Source: Candidatus Saccharimonadota bacterium | Lineage (GTDB): Archaea > Micrarchaeota > Micrarchaeia > Micrarchaeales > Micrarchaeaceae | Direction: 5' to 3' | Assembly (NCBI GenBank): GCA_021654395.1 | Contig: AP024486.1 | Span: 270,001-302,000 of the forward strand | Length of the DNA: 32,000 bases | Shown here: piece by piece, positions 1 through 7,753 of the stretch | Position numbering within the stretch: position 1 is the stretch's first letter | Layout of the letters: the number at the start of each line of letters is the position of its first letter | Notes under the pieces: generated by a model | Databases searched by the model: none | The model's input: only the letters and a program-made list of their open reading frames with translations | Told to the model about the DNA's origin: nothing | Program-made: the position numbers and the translations under genes

Positions 1-1003
1 CATTCCTGCTCATAGCATCTATAATATCATTAAAAGTGGCTATTAGTTCATCATAGTGCTTGAGGCTTATTCTGTATGGAGTGCCGTCCTTTCCACCGAC
101 TGTATAAGCATACAAGAATGGATCTCTCTTATAGATCTCATCATCGTATAGCAAAGAAGCCAATAATGCCAATGACCTGACAGTCTTCCTTCCTATTCCT
201 TTTGCGTCTATAAGCTCCTCTATCCTCTCGATGCCTCTATCAGATAGCTCCATGAGCACTCTTCTTGCATCTGCTGATAGATCTATCTCTTTTATTAGCT
301 GATGCCTTTTAGGAAATATATGAAATCTGAAAGTATTAATAGTATCTATATCATTATTTATTAGCTCAAGGATCTCCTTCTTTATATTAAGATTCTTATT
401 AAATGTCAGATCTATGCTTTCATATGAGCTATCTGCATATATGCTTCTGTTTGTCTCGTTTGTTATGTCTTTATTATCTAAGCTACTATCTAGGATCTGA
501 AATCTTATGGCATAGCTGCTCATCATACCTTGCTGTATAATCCCGAATCTGCCCTCTCTGCTTATAAGCATACTGCTATGGTACATTCCAATATTATCAT
601 ATACCATAGTTGAGTTTATCTTAAATACTAACCTGTTTATATTTAAGAGCTTACTACTATCAAGATCGAAGCTCTTTGAGATCTCTTCTATATCATTGTT
701 TATATTCATGGCTGCCTTTCCTTTACCACCAGCAACTCTAAGCTCTTCATTATTAGACAAGCTTCTTTTTATTACGGCAAGCGTTACTGTTGTAGTACCG
801 CTACTATGCCAGTCGTATCCTAAGGCACATGAAAGCGCTTGCAACCAAAGACTATCTGTTAATCTCTCTATAAGCCAGGAGCTTCCAAAGTTATCTAAGA
901 TATAAGATACAAGTATATCAGAGAGCCTCTGCATCCTTGATAGTAGCCATCGCGGCGCTTTACCATCATGAAGTGGTAAGCTAGTTATCTCCATTATACG
1001 CAT
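1..1003 (-). CDS. DUF763-like protein with helix-hairpin-helix motif (about 334 N-terminal codons; 3' end runs off the window)
   Basis: Absent from the supplied ORF track because it is open at the window edge. My minus-strand translation from ATG 1003..1001 reads MRIMEITSLPLHDGKAPRWLLSRMQRL...ALGYDWHSSGTTTV...AGGKGKAA...IDAKGIGRKTVRSLALLA with no stop down to position 1. The LPLHxGKxPxWL and DWHSSG blocks match my memory of DUF763 (PF05559). GIGRKT looks like an HhH loop. A second Met (994..992) is an alternative start. Confidence 0.6.
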   Translation of the reverse strand, partial: MRIMEITSLPLHDGKAPRWLLSRMQRLSDILVSYILDNFGSSWLIERLTDSLWLQALSCALGYDWHSSGTTTVTLAVIKRSLSNNEELRVAGGKGKAAMNINNDIEEISKSFDLDSSKLLNINRLVFKINSTMVYDNIGMYHSSMLISREGRFGIIQQGMMSSYAIRFQILDSSLDNKDITNETNRSIYADSSYESIDLTFNKNLNIKKEILELINNDIDTINTFRFHIFPKRHQLIKEIDLSADARRVLMELSDRGIERIEELIDAKGIGRKTVRSLALLASLLYDDEIYKRDPFLYAYTVGGKDGTPYRISLKHYDELIATFNDIIDAMSRN

Positions 1004-1044
1004 CTTAATAGATTTATATTATTTAAGCTTCTTAATTACTTTTA

Positions 1045-3339
1045 ATGTTAAGAAAGCTTGTGCTAAAGAACTGGAAGACCCATAAGTATAATGAGATTAC
1101 ATTCAGTAAAGGAGTAAACATAATAATAGGTATAATGGGTGCTGGAAAGAGCTCTGTTCTTGATGCGATATCTTATGCATTATATGGAAGATTTCCTGCT
1201 AGCAATAGAAAGGAGATAAATATAAAGGATGTTATAACTGATAGGCCTATAAAAGAAGACTCTGCATCTGTAGAGCTAGAGTTTGATGTAGGTAATGATA
1301 TATATAAGGTTGTAAGGAGTATAAGCAGATCTGGTAAAGCAGAGGCCACATTATATAAAAATAATAGACTTATACAGACACAGCCCACTAAAGTTACAGA
1401 GGAGATAGAGGCAGCTCTTAAGGTTGATTATGATACATTCTCAAGAGTGATATACGCAGAGCAGAACAAGATGCTATACTTTATAGATATGCAAAAGAGC
1501 GAGAGGAAGAAGCAGATAGATAGTATGATAGGCTTAGATCAGCTATTTACAAGCGAGCAGACTGCAAGAAGTGTATATAACAGCATAAAAGCATTAATAG
1601 AGGATGATATAAAGAATATTAAATCGCTTGATAAGGACAGCTTAAAGAAGAGATTGGATGAGCTGGTTGATAGAATAGAGGAGTTAATAAAGGAGAGAGA
1701 TCAGATATATCAGCAGCTAAAGCTTGTAGAGGAGCAGTTAAGCGTAAAGTCTAAGCAGCTAAACGAGCTTAAGACTAAGAAGAGGCTATATGAGGAGTTA
1801 AGCAGAGAGGTAGATACGCTAAGAGGTAAGATAGAGGGTATCGAGAGTAGCATAAAGCGTTTAGAAGAAGAGAGCTTAGATTCTAGCATTATAGAGGAGC
1901 TCAATAATGCAGTTAAGGAGAGAGATGCTGTAAAGAGAGAATTAGATAGTATAAGCAGGGAGCTAGATTCAATAAAGAGCATCAAGATAAATATAGAAAG
2001 AGATATTGAAGAGTCAAAGAAGAGAAAGGCAGAGTTAGATAGCATAGCAGCAAGCATATCTGATATTAACCAGATAGATGGCTCTATAAAGGATAAAGAA
2101 GATCAGATAACAAAAGCGAGATCAGATATAAGCGTAAAGTACAGCTTACTTAAAGATAATCAGGAGCTGCTAAGTATCTTGAATAAAGAGATATCTGAAT
2201 GCCCTGTATGCGAGAGAGAGATCCCTGCTGATATGAAAGAGAGGCTTATAAGCAAGAGAGTCGCATTAATAGATAATATTAAGAAGGAGATAGATAGCTT
2301 AAATAGCTTAGTATACAGCTATGAAAGGGAGCTAAGAGAGCTTAAAAGCAAGAGAGAGTCAGAGATAAAGCTAAGAGAGAGGATGGACTATCTAAGCAAG
2401 AACATAAAAGATATAGATGAGTTAAGCAGAAGATTAAATGAGATAGCTATAAAAGAGAATGAGCTCATTAATAAGCAAAAGGAGCTTAGATCGAATCAAG
2501 AGTCTTTAGATACAAAGATAAACGAGCTTTTAGTTAAGAAAAGGCGTTATGATGATCTACAGAGATATAAGCAGGAGCATAGTCAATTAGTAATAAAGCT
2601 AGAGGAGATAATTGCAAAGAGAGACAGCATAAGCATAAATGAGGCAGAGGTAGAGCCTTTAGAGAGAGAGGTTATGGATCTTAATGCAAAGAGATCGAAT
2701 CTAGATGCTCAGTATAAGGCAAAGGAGGAGCATAGTAGAGATCTAGATACTCAGAGAATAGGGATATTACAGCAGATAAAGAATATAGAGGAGATAGAGA
2801 GGAAGATAGATAAAAGAAGAAAGGAGCTGGCTTTCATAGATACTCTAATAGCAGTAATCAAAGGGACAGAAGCAGATCTGAGAAATGAGCTCATAGACTC
2901 AATAAACAGGCTAATGTCAGAGATCTGGCTTAAAGCATATCCTTATTCAGACTATCTATCCATAAGATTCAATCCAACAGAGGATGATTATAAGCTAGAA
3001 GGCCAGATTGCCCAAGATAGATGGATAAGTATAGAAGGATTTGCAAGTGGTGGTGAGAAGAGCGTTGCAAGTATAGTAATGAGAGTAGCTATGGCTTCAG
3101 TATTAGTCCCAAATCTTAGATGGTTAATTCTAGATGAGCCAACCCATAATATAGATAGTAAGGGAATAAACAGCTTCGCTAATGCTTTAAGCAGTGGTAT
3201 AAGTAATATAGTAGAGCAGGTCTTAGTAATAACTCACGAGGAGAGTCTAAAGTCTATCTCAAATGCAAATATACTTATATTTGATAGAGATAAGGCAAGT
3301 AATGGTTATACTGCTATAAGAGCGTTATATAATGGCTAA
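1045..3339 (+). CDS. rad50: Rad50 DNA double-strand-break repair ATPase
   Basis: 764 aa. Walker A GIMGAGKSS, Q-loop YAEQ, a long E/K/L-rich coiled coil with a central CPVC zinc hook (SECPVCEREIP), ABC signature SGGEKS, Walker B WLILDEPT, H-loop VITHEE. Confidence 0.9.
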   Translation: MLRKLVLKNWKTHKYNEITFSKGVNIIIGIMGAGKSSVLDAISYALYGRFPASNRKEINIKDVITDRPIKEDSASVELEFDVGNDIYKVVRSISRSGKAEATLYKNNRLIQTQPTKVTEEIEAALKVDYDTFSRVIYAEQNKMLYFIDMQKSERKKQIDSMIGLDQLFTSEQTARSVYNSIKALIEDDIKNIKSLDKDSLKKRLDELVDRIEELIKERDQIYQQLKLVEEQLSVKSKQLNELKTKKRLYEELSREVDTLRGKIEGIESSIKRLEEESLDSSIIEELNNAVKERDAVKRELDSISRELDSIKSIKINIERDIEESKKRKAELDSIAASISDINQIDGSIKDKEDQITKARSDISVKYSLLKDNQELLSILNKEISECPVCEREIPADMKERLISKRVALIDNIKKEIDSLNSLVYSYERELRELKSKRESEIKLRERMDYLSKNIKDIDELSRRLNEIAIKENELINKQKELRSNQESLDTKINELLVKKRRYDDLQRYKQEHSQLVIKLEEIIAKRDSISINEAEVEPLEREVMDLNAKRSNLDAQYKAKEEHSRDLDTQRIGILQQIKNIEEIERKIDKRRKELAFIDTLIAVIKGTEADLRNELIDSINRLMSEIWLKAYPYSDYLSIRFNPTEDDYKLEGQIAQDRWISIEGFASGGEKSVASIVMRVAMASVLVPNLRWLILDEPTHNIDSKGINSFANALSSGISNIVEQVLVITHEESLKSISNANILIFDRDKASNGYTAIRALYNG

Positions 3340-3820
3340 GCTGCTTATAGATGCGATGCATATAAATCTCGGAAGATGGCTTAGATTACTAGGTGTAAAG
3401 ACAGTTATACCGGAGAACTTTGATGATAACTATCTACTAAGCTATTCAAAGAGGTTAAAGCTTATACTTGTTACAGCAGATAAGCAGCTATATCAAAGAG
3501 CTGTAAAAAGAGGCATTAATGCATTTTATGTAAAGCAAGATGATGTGGCCTACGAGATAGCATATGTAATGCATCTTTTAAGAAAGAAGATAAGCTTCTC
3601 ATACAATAATAGCTACTGCAGTATATGTGGAAATAAGCTTACTCCTATAGGAAGGATCAAAGCAAAGAGATTAAATATACACAGCGATCTATTAAAAAGA
3701 TATGAGAGATTTTTATTATGTAAGCACTGCAATAAGATCTATTGGGAAGGCAGCCATTGGAAGAATATAAACAGAGTTATAGAAGAGGCAAAGAGCTATG
3801 AGAGGCTATTAGATCAATGA
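3332..3820 (+). CDS. Mut7-C / PIN-like nuclease domain protein with C-terminal zinc ribbon (PF01927/DUF82-like)
   Basis: 162 aa. The N-terminus LLIDAMHINLGRWLRLLG and LVTADKQL resemble the Mut7-C acidic core. The C-terminal CSICGNKL...CKHCNKIYWEGSHW is the family's typical ribbon and YWxGSHW motif. The start overlaps the rad50 stop by 8 nt. Confidence 0.8.
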   Translation: MAKLLIDAMHINLGRWLRLLGVKTVIPENFDDNYLLSYSKRLKLILVTADKQLYQRAVKRGINAFYVKQDDVAYEIAYVMHLLRKKISFSYNNSYCSICGNKLTPIGRIKAKRLNIHSDLLKRYERFLLCKHCNKIYWEGSHWKNINRVIEEAKSYERLLDQ

Positions 3821-4054
3821 CTCCTCTTCAACGTCTAGTTCGTTTACATCCTCTAGCTTCTTTATTGAATCCTCTATCTCTGTGCTTCCTTCAGAGTCCT
3901 CATAGACGAATAATGCCTTCACAACCTTTATACCAAAGGCAACCTCTTCTTCCTGTACTCCTTTTGCTCCAAGCTCCATCAGCTTACTCTTAAGCCTTTC
4001 AGAGTTGTAGTTCTCTTTAGGGTAGATCCTATATACTATACTAACCTTGGACAT
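3809..4054 (-). CDS. ef1b: translation elongation factor aEF-1 beta
   Basis: 81 aa. Typical size and pattern (V..Y.I.P......L..K........V..EEEVAFGIK.....V..D.EG.T...E..I..L..V...DV). It lies immediately downstream of the small zinc-ribbon gene that usually precedes it in archaea. Confidence 0.85.
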   Translation of the reverse strand: MSKVSIVYRIYPKENYNSERLKSKLMELGAKGVQEEEVAFGIKVVKALFVYEDSEGSTEIEDSIKKLEDVNELDVEEESLI

Positions 4055-4225
4055 TTATGGTCCCTCAAAGCCACAGCTATTGCACATATATGTATTTGCT
4101 ATCTTCCTGCAATGCTTGCATCTAATAATCTCTGTCTTGCCACATACAGGGCAGACGAAGTCTGTATAGTCTGTTGTTAATCTACCACACGACACACATA
4201 CCTTACCTAGCATTCCTTTTGGCAT
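4055..4225 (-). CDS. small zinc-ribbon protein (COG2888-like, conserved partner of aEF-1 beta)
   Basis: Absent from the ORF track (56 aa). My translation is MPKGMLGKVCVSCGRLTTDYTDFVCPVCGKTEIIRCKHCRKIANTYMCNSCGFEGP*, with four CxxC pairs. Its stop abuts the ef1b ATG, and its ATG lies 3 nt after the stop of the upstream gene. Confidence 0.7.
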   Translation of the reverse strand: MPKGMLGKVCVSCGRLTTDYTDFVCPVCGKTEIIRCKHCRKIANTYMCNSCGFEGP

Positions 4226-4228
4226 TAA

Positions 4229-6025
4229 TTACACCCTGCTGCTCTTTCTTCTATTATTAGTAAGTATTATGATTATTAATATAAATAATATAAAGCTTAG
4301 TGTTATATTTAAGATTATTAGATAAGCTAATCTTTTTATATATATACCAATCTGATAGATCTGTAGATCTAGAGATCTTATGCTCTGATTACTAACTCCA
4401 ACAGAGCTATTTATTGCATCTGCTCTTATTATGTTTATAGCATTATTTATATTATATGCTAGCCTAGCGCTAGTATAAGCATCTGCCATATATGTATTGT
4501 ATAATGAGCTATTGTTCTTGTTTATCTCTGCTTCTTGAATATAAAAGTATGCCTGCTTAGCAAACTCATAGGCAAAGCTATCATCTATCTTCATACTATC
4601 TATAATGCTCTCTATAGAGTTAATACTTAAGTTAGATGGTATAGAGGAGTTAAAGGAGATCGCATATGCGCTTGCTAGTATAGCTAATGGGTAGTTACCT
4701 TGCCTATAAGCCTCTATAGCGACATAGCTATAAGGACTAACTATACCACTTACATTTGTTATATAGCTATAAGCTGTCTTTACAATATTGCTATTAAACT
4801 GGACTGGCGCTCCAGAGTAGTTTAGATTATATAATGTATCTGCAGCATCACACCAACCAAGAGCCTCTCCAGCTATATTAGCAATTCTAATAGCTCCATC
4901 AGTATCTTGAACTGAGCTGTTATATATAGAAAGGGATGTATTAACTACATACATTCCTAACATCTGTCTAAGCTCTCCATTATAGAGATAATCTATATTA
5001 CTATATGTTGGGTTTGGCTGTTGTAGAGATAGACAGTAGGCATAAGTATTAAGTAGCAGACTTCTACCAGAGCTTATATTTATAAAGTTATTATTGAATG
5101 TGAAGATATTGATGAAGTTTAAGAAGTTTATATCATCAGCAGTATATAGATAGGAATTGTTTCTTATACTATAAGTCTCGTTTATCAATCTGCTATAGTT
5201 TAGATATAAGCCAGTATAGTTCTTAAATTCTCTTAACTTATCTAGCTGCTTTAATGTAATATTAAATGTCTGATTTGTTAGTATATAAAATCCGGTAAGA
5301 TTACATGAGCTGCAGCTTATATTTACAGGCCTTATCTGCTCTACATTATAGTTAACGTATGGGTTAAAATTAACAATATATTTACTATAATTGCTTATAG
5401 GGCTTCCATTTATCAGTATATTGTAAGCTACAGATATATTCGGTAGCTCTATTAACTTTATGCCAAATGTTCTGCTTACTAGATAGTAGAGCTCATATTC
5501 AAAGCTTCTATTGCTTGCATAAGGCACAAAGAATATATCTATGCCGTTTGATTTTACAGCAGAAGCCTTATCGTATACTCCACCAATAAGGCCTATGCTC
5601 CCATTTGGCTCTATAGTACCTGTTACGGAGAAGTTAATTCTAAAGGGCTTATGCGATAGGGCAGATATCGCTAAGATAGTAAAGGCTGCACCTATACTTG
5701 GGCCAGAGACTGTGGAGTTGTTATCATATATTATGTATGTAAAGTTATATGCATCTGGATTAACACCTAAGAATCTAGACGCCACATAAACTGCTGTCTT
5801 AGAAGCGTTATATGTAGAGCTACCTACGCTTATAGGGCCTTTTATAGCTATATTGCCATCTCCATTAGTGACATATAAGCTTACCTTTGTCAATATTCCA
5901 GTATTGTTCGTTAAGTCTACTGCAGGGGCATATAATGTAGCATTTCCTATAACTACAGATCTTGATAGATATGGTGCTATTAGCAATATAAAGAATGGTA
6001 CTAATATATAAAGTCTAAGAGCCAT
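4229..6025 (-). CDS. secreted, membrane-anchored Lon-C (S16)-like serine protease with a long sequon-rich C-terminal region
   Basis: 598 aa. N-terminal hydrophobic signal (LYILVPFFILLIAPYL), a GPSIGAA motif (Lon GPSAG-like catalytic Ser), a downstream IGGVYDKASA motif (Lon catalytic Lys position), then about 400 aa rich in Asn, and a C-terminal TM followed by NNRRKSSRV. Confidence 0.65.
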   Translation of the reverse strand: MALRLYILVPFFILLIAPYLSRSVVIGNATLYAPAVDLTNNTGILTKVSLYVTNGDGNIAIKGPISVGSSTYNASKTAVYVASRFLGVNPDAYNFTYIIYDNNSTVSGPSIGAAFTILAISALSHKPFRINFSVTGTIEPNGSIGLIGGVYDKASAVKSNGIDIFFVPYASNRSFEYELYYLVSRTFGIKLIELPNISVAYNILINGSPISNYSKYIVNFNPYVNYNVEQIRPVNISCSSCNLTGFYILTNQTFNITLKQLDKLREFKNYTGLYLNYSRLINETYSIRNNSYLYTADDINFLNFINIFTFNNNFINISSGRSLLLNTYAYCLSLQQPNPTYSNIDYLYNGELRQMLGMYVVNTSLSIYNSSVQDTDGAIRIANIAGEALGWCDAADTLYNLNYSGAPVQFNSNIVKTAYSYITNVSGIVSPYSYVAIEAYRQGNYPLAILASAYAISFNSSIPSNLSINSIESIIDSMKIDDSFAYEFAKQAYFYIQEAEINKNNSSLYNTYMADAYTSARLAYNINNAINIIRADAINSSVGVSNQSIRSLDLQIYQIGIYIKRLAYLIILNITLSFILFILIIIILTNNRRKSSRV

Positions 6026-6062
6026 AATCTTAATTAAAGAGTAAAAATATTAAAGTGGTTCT

Positions 6063-6803
6063 ATGAGACTATTTGATGCACACTGCCATATAGATATGCT
6101 TAATAATATAGAGATAGAGAGCATTAGAAGCTCTGATGGCATATTTATAACTAATGGAACATCCATAAACTCAAATATAGTTAATCTAAATATAGCAGAT
6201 TATAAGCATATCTTTCCAGCTGCAGGAATAGATCCACAAAATGCAGCTCTAGACAATCCAATCCTAGAAGATTTCTTAAAGGTAATTGATAAGCTAAAGG
6301 ATAGAATAGTTGCTATTGGAGAGATAGGTATAGATCTATTCATTAGGAACATAGCAAATAGAAGCAGACAGGAGTATGTCTTTAGAGAGTTTCTTAAAAA
6401 GGCAGAGGAGCTTAGAAAGCCAGTAATAATACACTCTAGATCTGCTATAGATCTAGTTATTGATATAATTAGTAGCTACAATCTAGATAAGATAGTATTC
6501 CATTACTTTGAAGGATCTGTAGATAATATAAAGCTTATGAGATTTATAGAGAATAGCGAATCATTTGTATCTGTGCCTCCATTAGATAGCAAGAAGAGGA
6601 GAGAAGTTATATTGAAGCTAGGTATAGATAAGCTACTTACAGAGTCTGATGCACCTGCAGTGGCGCCTAGCCCTTTCGAAGTCTCTAAATCGATAAGATT
6701 GATAGCCGAGACTCTTAATATAAAGGTAGATGATGCCTCTGAAGCAGTATACAGAAACGGCTTTAGCGTATATAAGATTGAAGATTATATAAATACAAAA
6801 TGA
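6063..6803 (+). CDS. TatD-family metal-dependent hydrolase/DNase
   Basis: 246 aa. N-terminal FDAHCHID metal-binding motif, GEIGIDL, IIHSR, and a TESDAP block typical of the TatD/amidohydrolase fold. Confidence 0.85.
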   Translation: MRLFDAHCHIDMLNNIEIESIRSSDGIFITNGTSINSNIVNLNIADYKHIFPAAGIDPQNAALDNPILEDFLKVIDKLKDRIVAIGEIGIDLFIRNIANRSRQEYVFREFLKKAEELRKPVIIHSRSAIDLVIDIISSYNLDKIVFHYFEGSVDNIKLMRFIENSESFVSVPPLDSKKRREVILKLGIDKLLTESDAPAVAPSPFEVSKSIRLIAETLNIKVDDASEAVYRNGFSVYKIEDYINTK

Positions 6804-6848
6804 TTAATAAGCTTTTTAATCTTAATATAGATAATGTCTATCTCTTAC

Positions 6849-6936
6849 GGGCCTGTAGCTCAGCTTGGATAGAGCGACAGCCTTCTAAGCTGGAGGTCGC
6901 GGGTTCAAAATACTAATGAAAATCCCGCCAGGCCCG
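6849..6936 (+). tRNA. tRNA-Arg(UCU) with a 13-nt intron in the T-loop (about 6910..6922)
   Basis: Hand-folded cloverleaf. Acceptor GGGCCTG/CAGGCCC plus discriminator G. D arm GCTC-AGCTTGGATA-GAGC. Anticodon arm ACAGC-CTTCTAA-GCTGG (one A-G mismatch), anticodon TCT. Variable loop AGGTC. T stem GCGGG/CCCGC encloses 20 nt instead of 7. Removing 13 nt restores TTCAAAT. No encoded CCA. Confidence 0.85.
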
Positions 6937-6944
6937 TTTATGCT

Positions 6945-6969
6945 AGTTATTATATAATAAATAATAACT
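6945..6969 (+). terminator. AT-only hairpin just downstream of tRNA-Arg (possible 3'-end element)
   Basis: AGTTATTAT (6945..6953) and ATAATAACT (6961..6969) are perfect reverse complements around a 7-nt loop. The element is AT-only and therefore weak. Confidence 0.2.
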
Positions 6970-7027
6970 AAGCTTTGCTAATAAGTAATATTAGTATATA
7001 AGCCAGTGCTTAGGCAGTGTTAATATT

Positions 7028-7753
7028 ATGGAGGGTCCTGGAGTAAAAGTCATAGCGGAGCGCCTTAGTATGCTTAAAGGAAGTATCATAGAAGAAGCAG
7101 GAGGTAATACAAAGAAGATAGATATAGATAAGCTAAGAGGCAGATATATATCATCTGTTAGCTCATATGGTAAGAATCTACTAGTTAAGGTTGATGGATT
7201 GGGCTACTTAAGGATTCACTTCCTCATGTATGGCAGCTACTCTATAGATAATAGGACTAAGCCTGATAAGGCGTTAAGGCTTTATATAAAGACAGATAAA
7301 GCATCAGTATACTTCTATAACTGCTCTGTAAGTCTTTTGAGCAAGATAAAGAGATATGGTCAAGATGTGCTCTCTAAAAGATATAGCTACAAGAAGGCAT
7401 TAGAAAGCATAAAAGACAAAGATGCTTACATATGTGATCTGCTTCTAGATCAGAGGCTCTTTCCAGGAATCGGAAATATAATAAAGGTTGAAGCTCTGTA
7501 TAGAGCTAAGGTGCATCCATTATCAGTAGCCAAGAATATACCTGATAAAAAGCTTATGGAGCTTATAAAGGAGGCAGTAAGCTTCTCTAAGCTGTTCTAT
7601 GAAACTAGAAAGAAGGGCGAGAGATTAAAGGAATATCTTCAATGCTATTCAAAGAGGCTATGTATAAGCTGTAATAATAGATTAATAAGAAAGAGAACTG
7701 GTAAAACTAATAGATTTACTTATTACTGTGAGAGCTGTCAGAGACTATATTAG
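7028..7753 (+). CDS. Fpg/Nei-family DNA glycosylase (endonuclease VIII-like)
   Basis: 241 aa. The N-terminus MEGPGVKVIAERL aligns to the MPEGPEI of Nei. It has a YGKNLL lysine block, the H2TH motif LLLDQRLFPGIGNIIKVEALYRAKVHP, and a C-terminal zinc finger CISC...CESC. Confidence 0.8.
   Translation: MEGPGVKVIAERLSMLKGSIIEEAGGNTKKIDIDKLRGRYISSVSSYGKNLLVKVDGLGYLRIHFLMYGSYSIDNRTKPDKALRLYIKTDKASVYFYNCSVSLLSKIKRYGQDVLSKRYSYKKALESIKDKDAYICDLLLDQRLFPGIGNIIKVEALYRAKVHPLSVAKNIPDKKLMELIKEAVSFSKLFYETRKKGERLKEYLQCYSKRLCISCNNRLIRKRTGKTNRFTYYCESCQRLY

Noticed and set aside
696-905. 69-aa plus-strand ORF from the track
   Set aside because: It lies entirely antisense to the well-supported DUF763-like minus-strand frame and has hydrophobic low-complexity sequence with no motif. 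It is a shadow ORF.
1710-2057. 115-aa minus-strand ORF inside rad50 (also 1173..1388)
   Set aside because: It is antisense to the Rad50 coiled coil. Its S/L/F-rich sequence is the mirror image of the GAG/AAG/CTT-rich sense codons.
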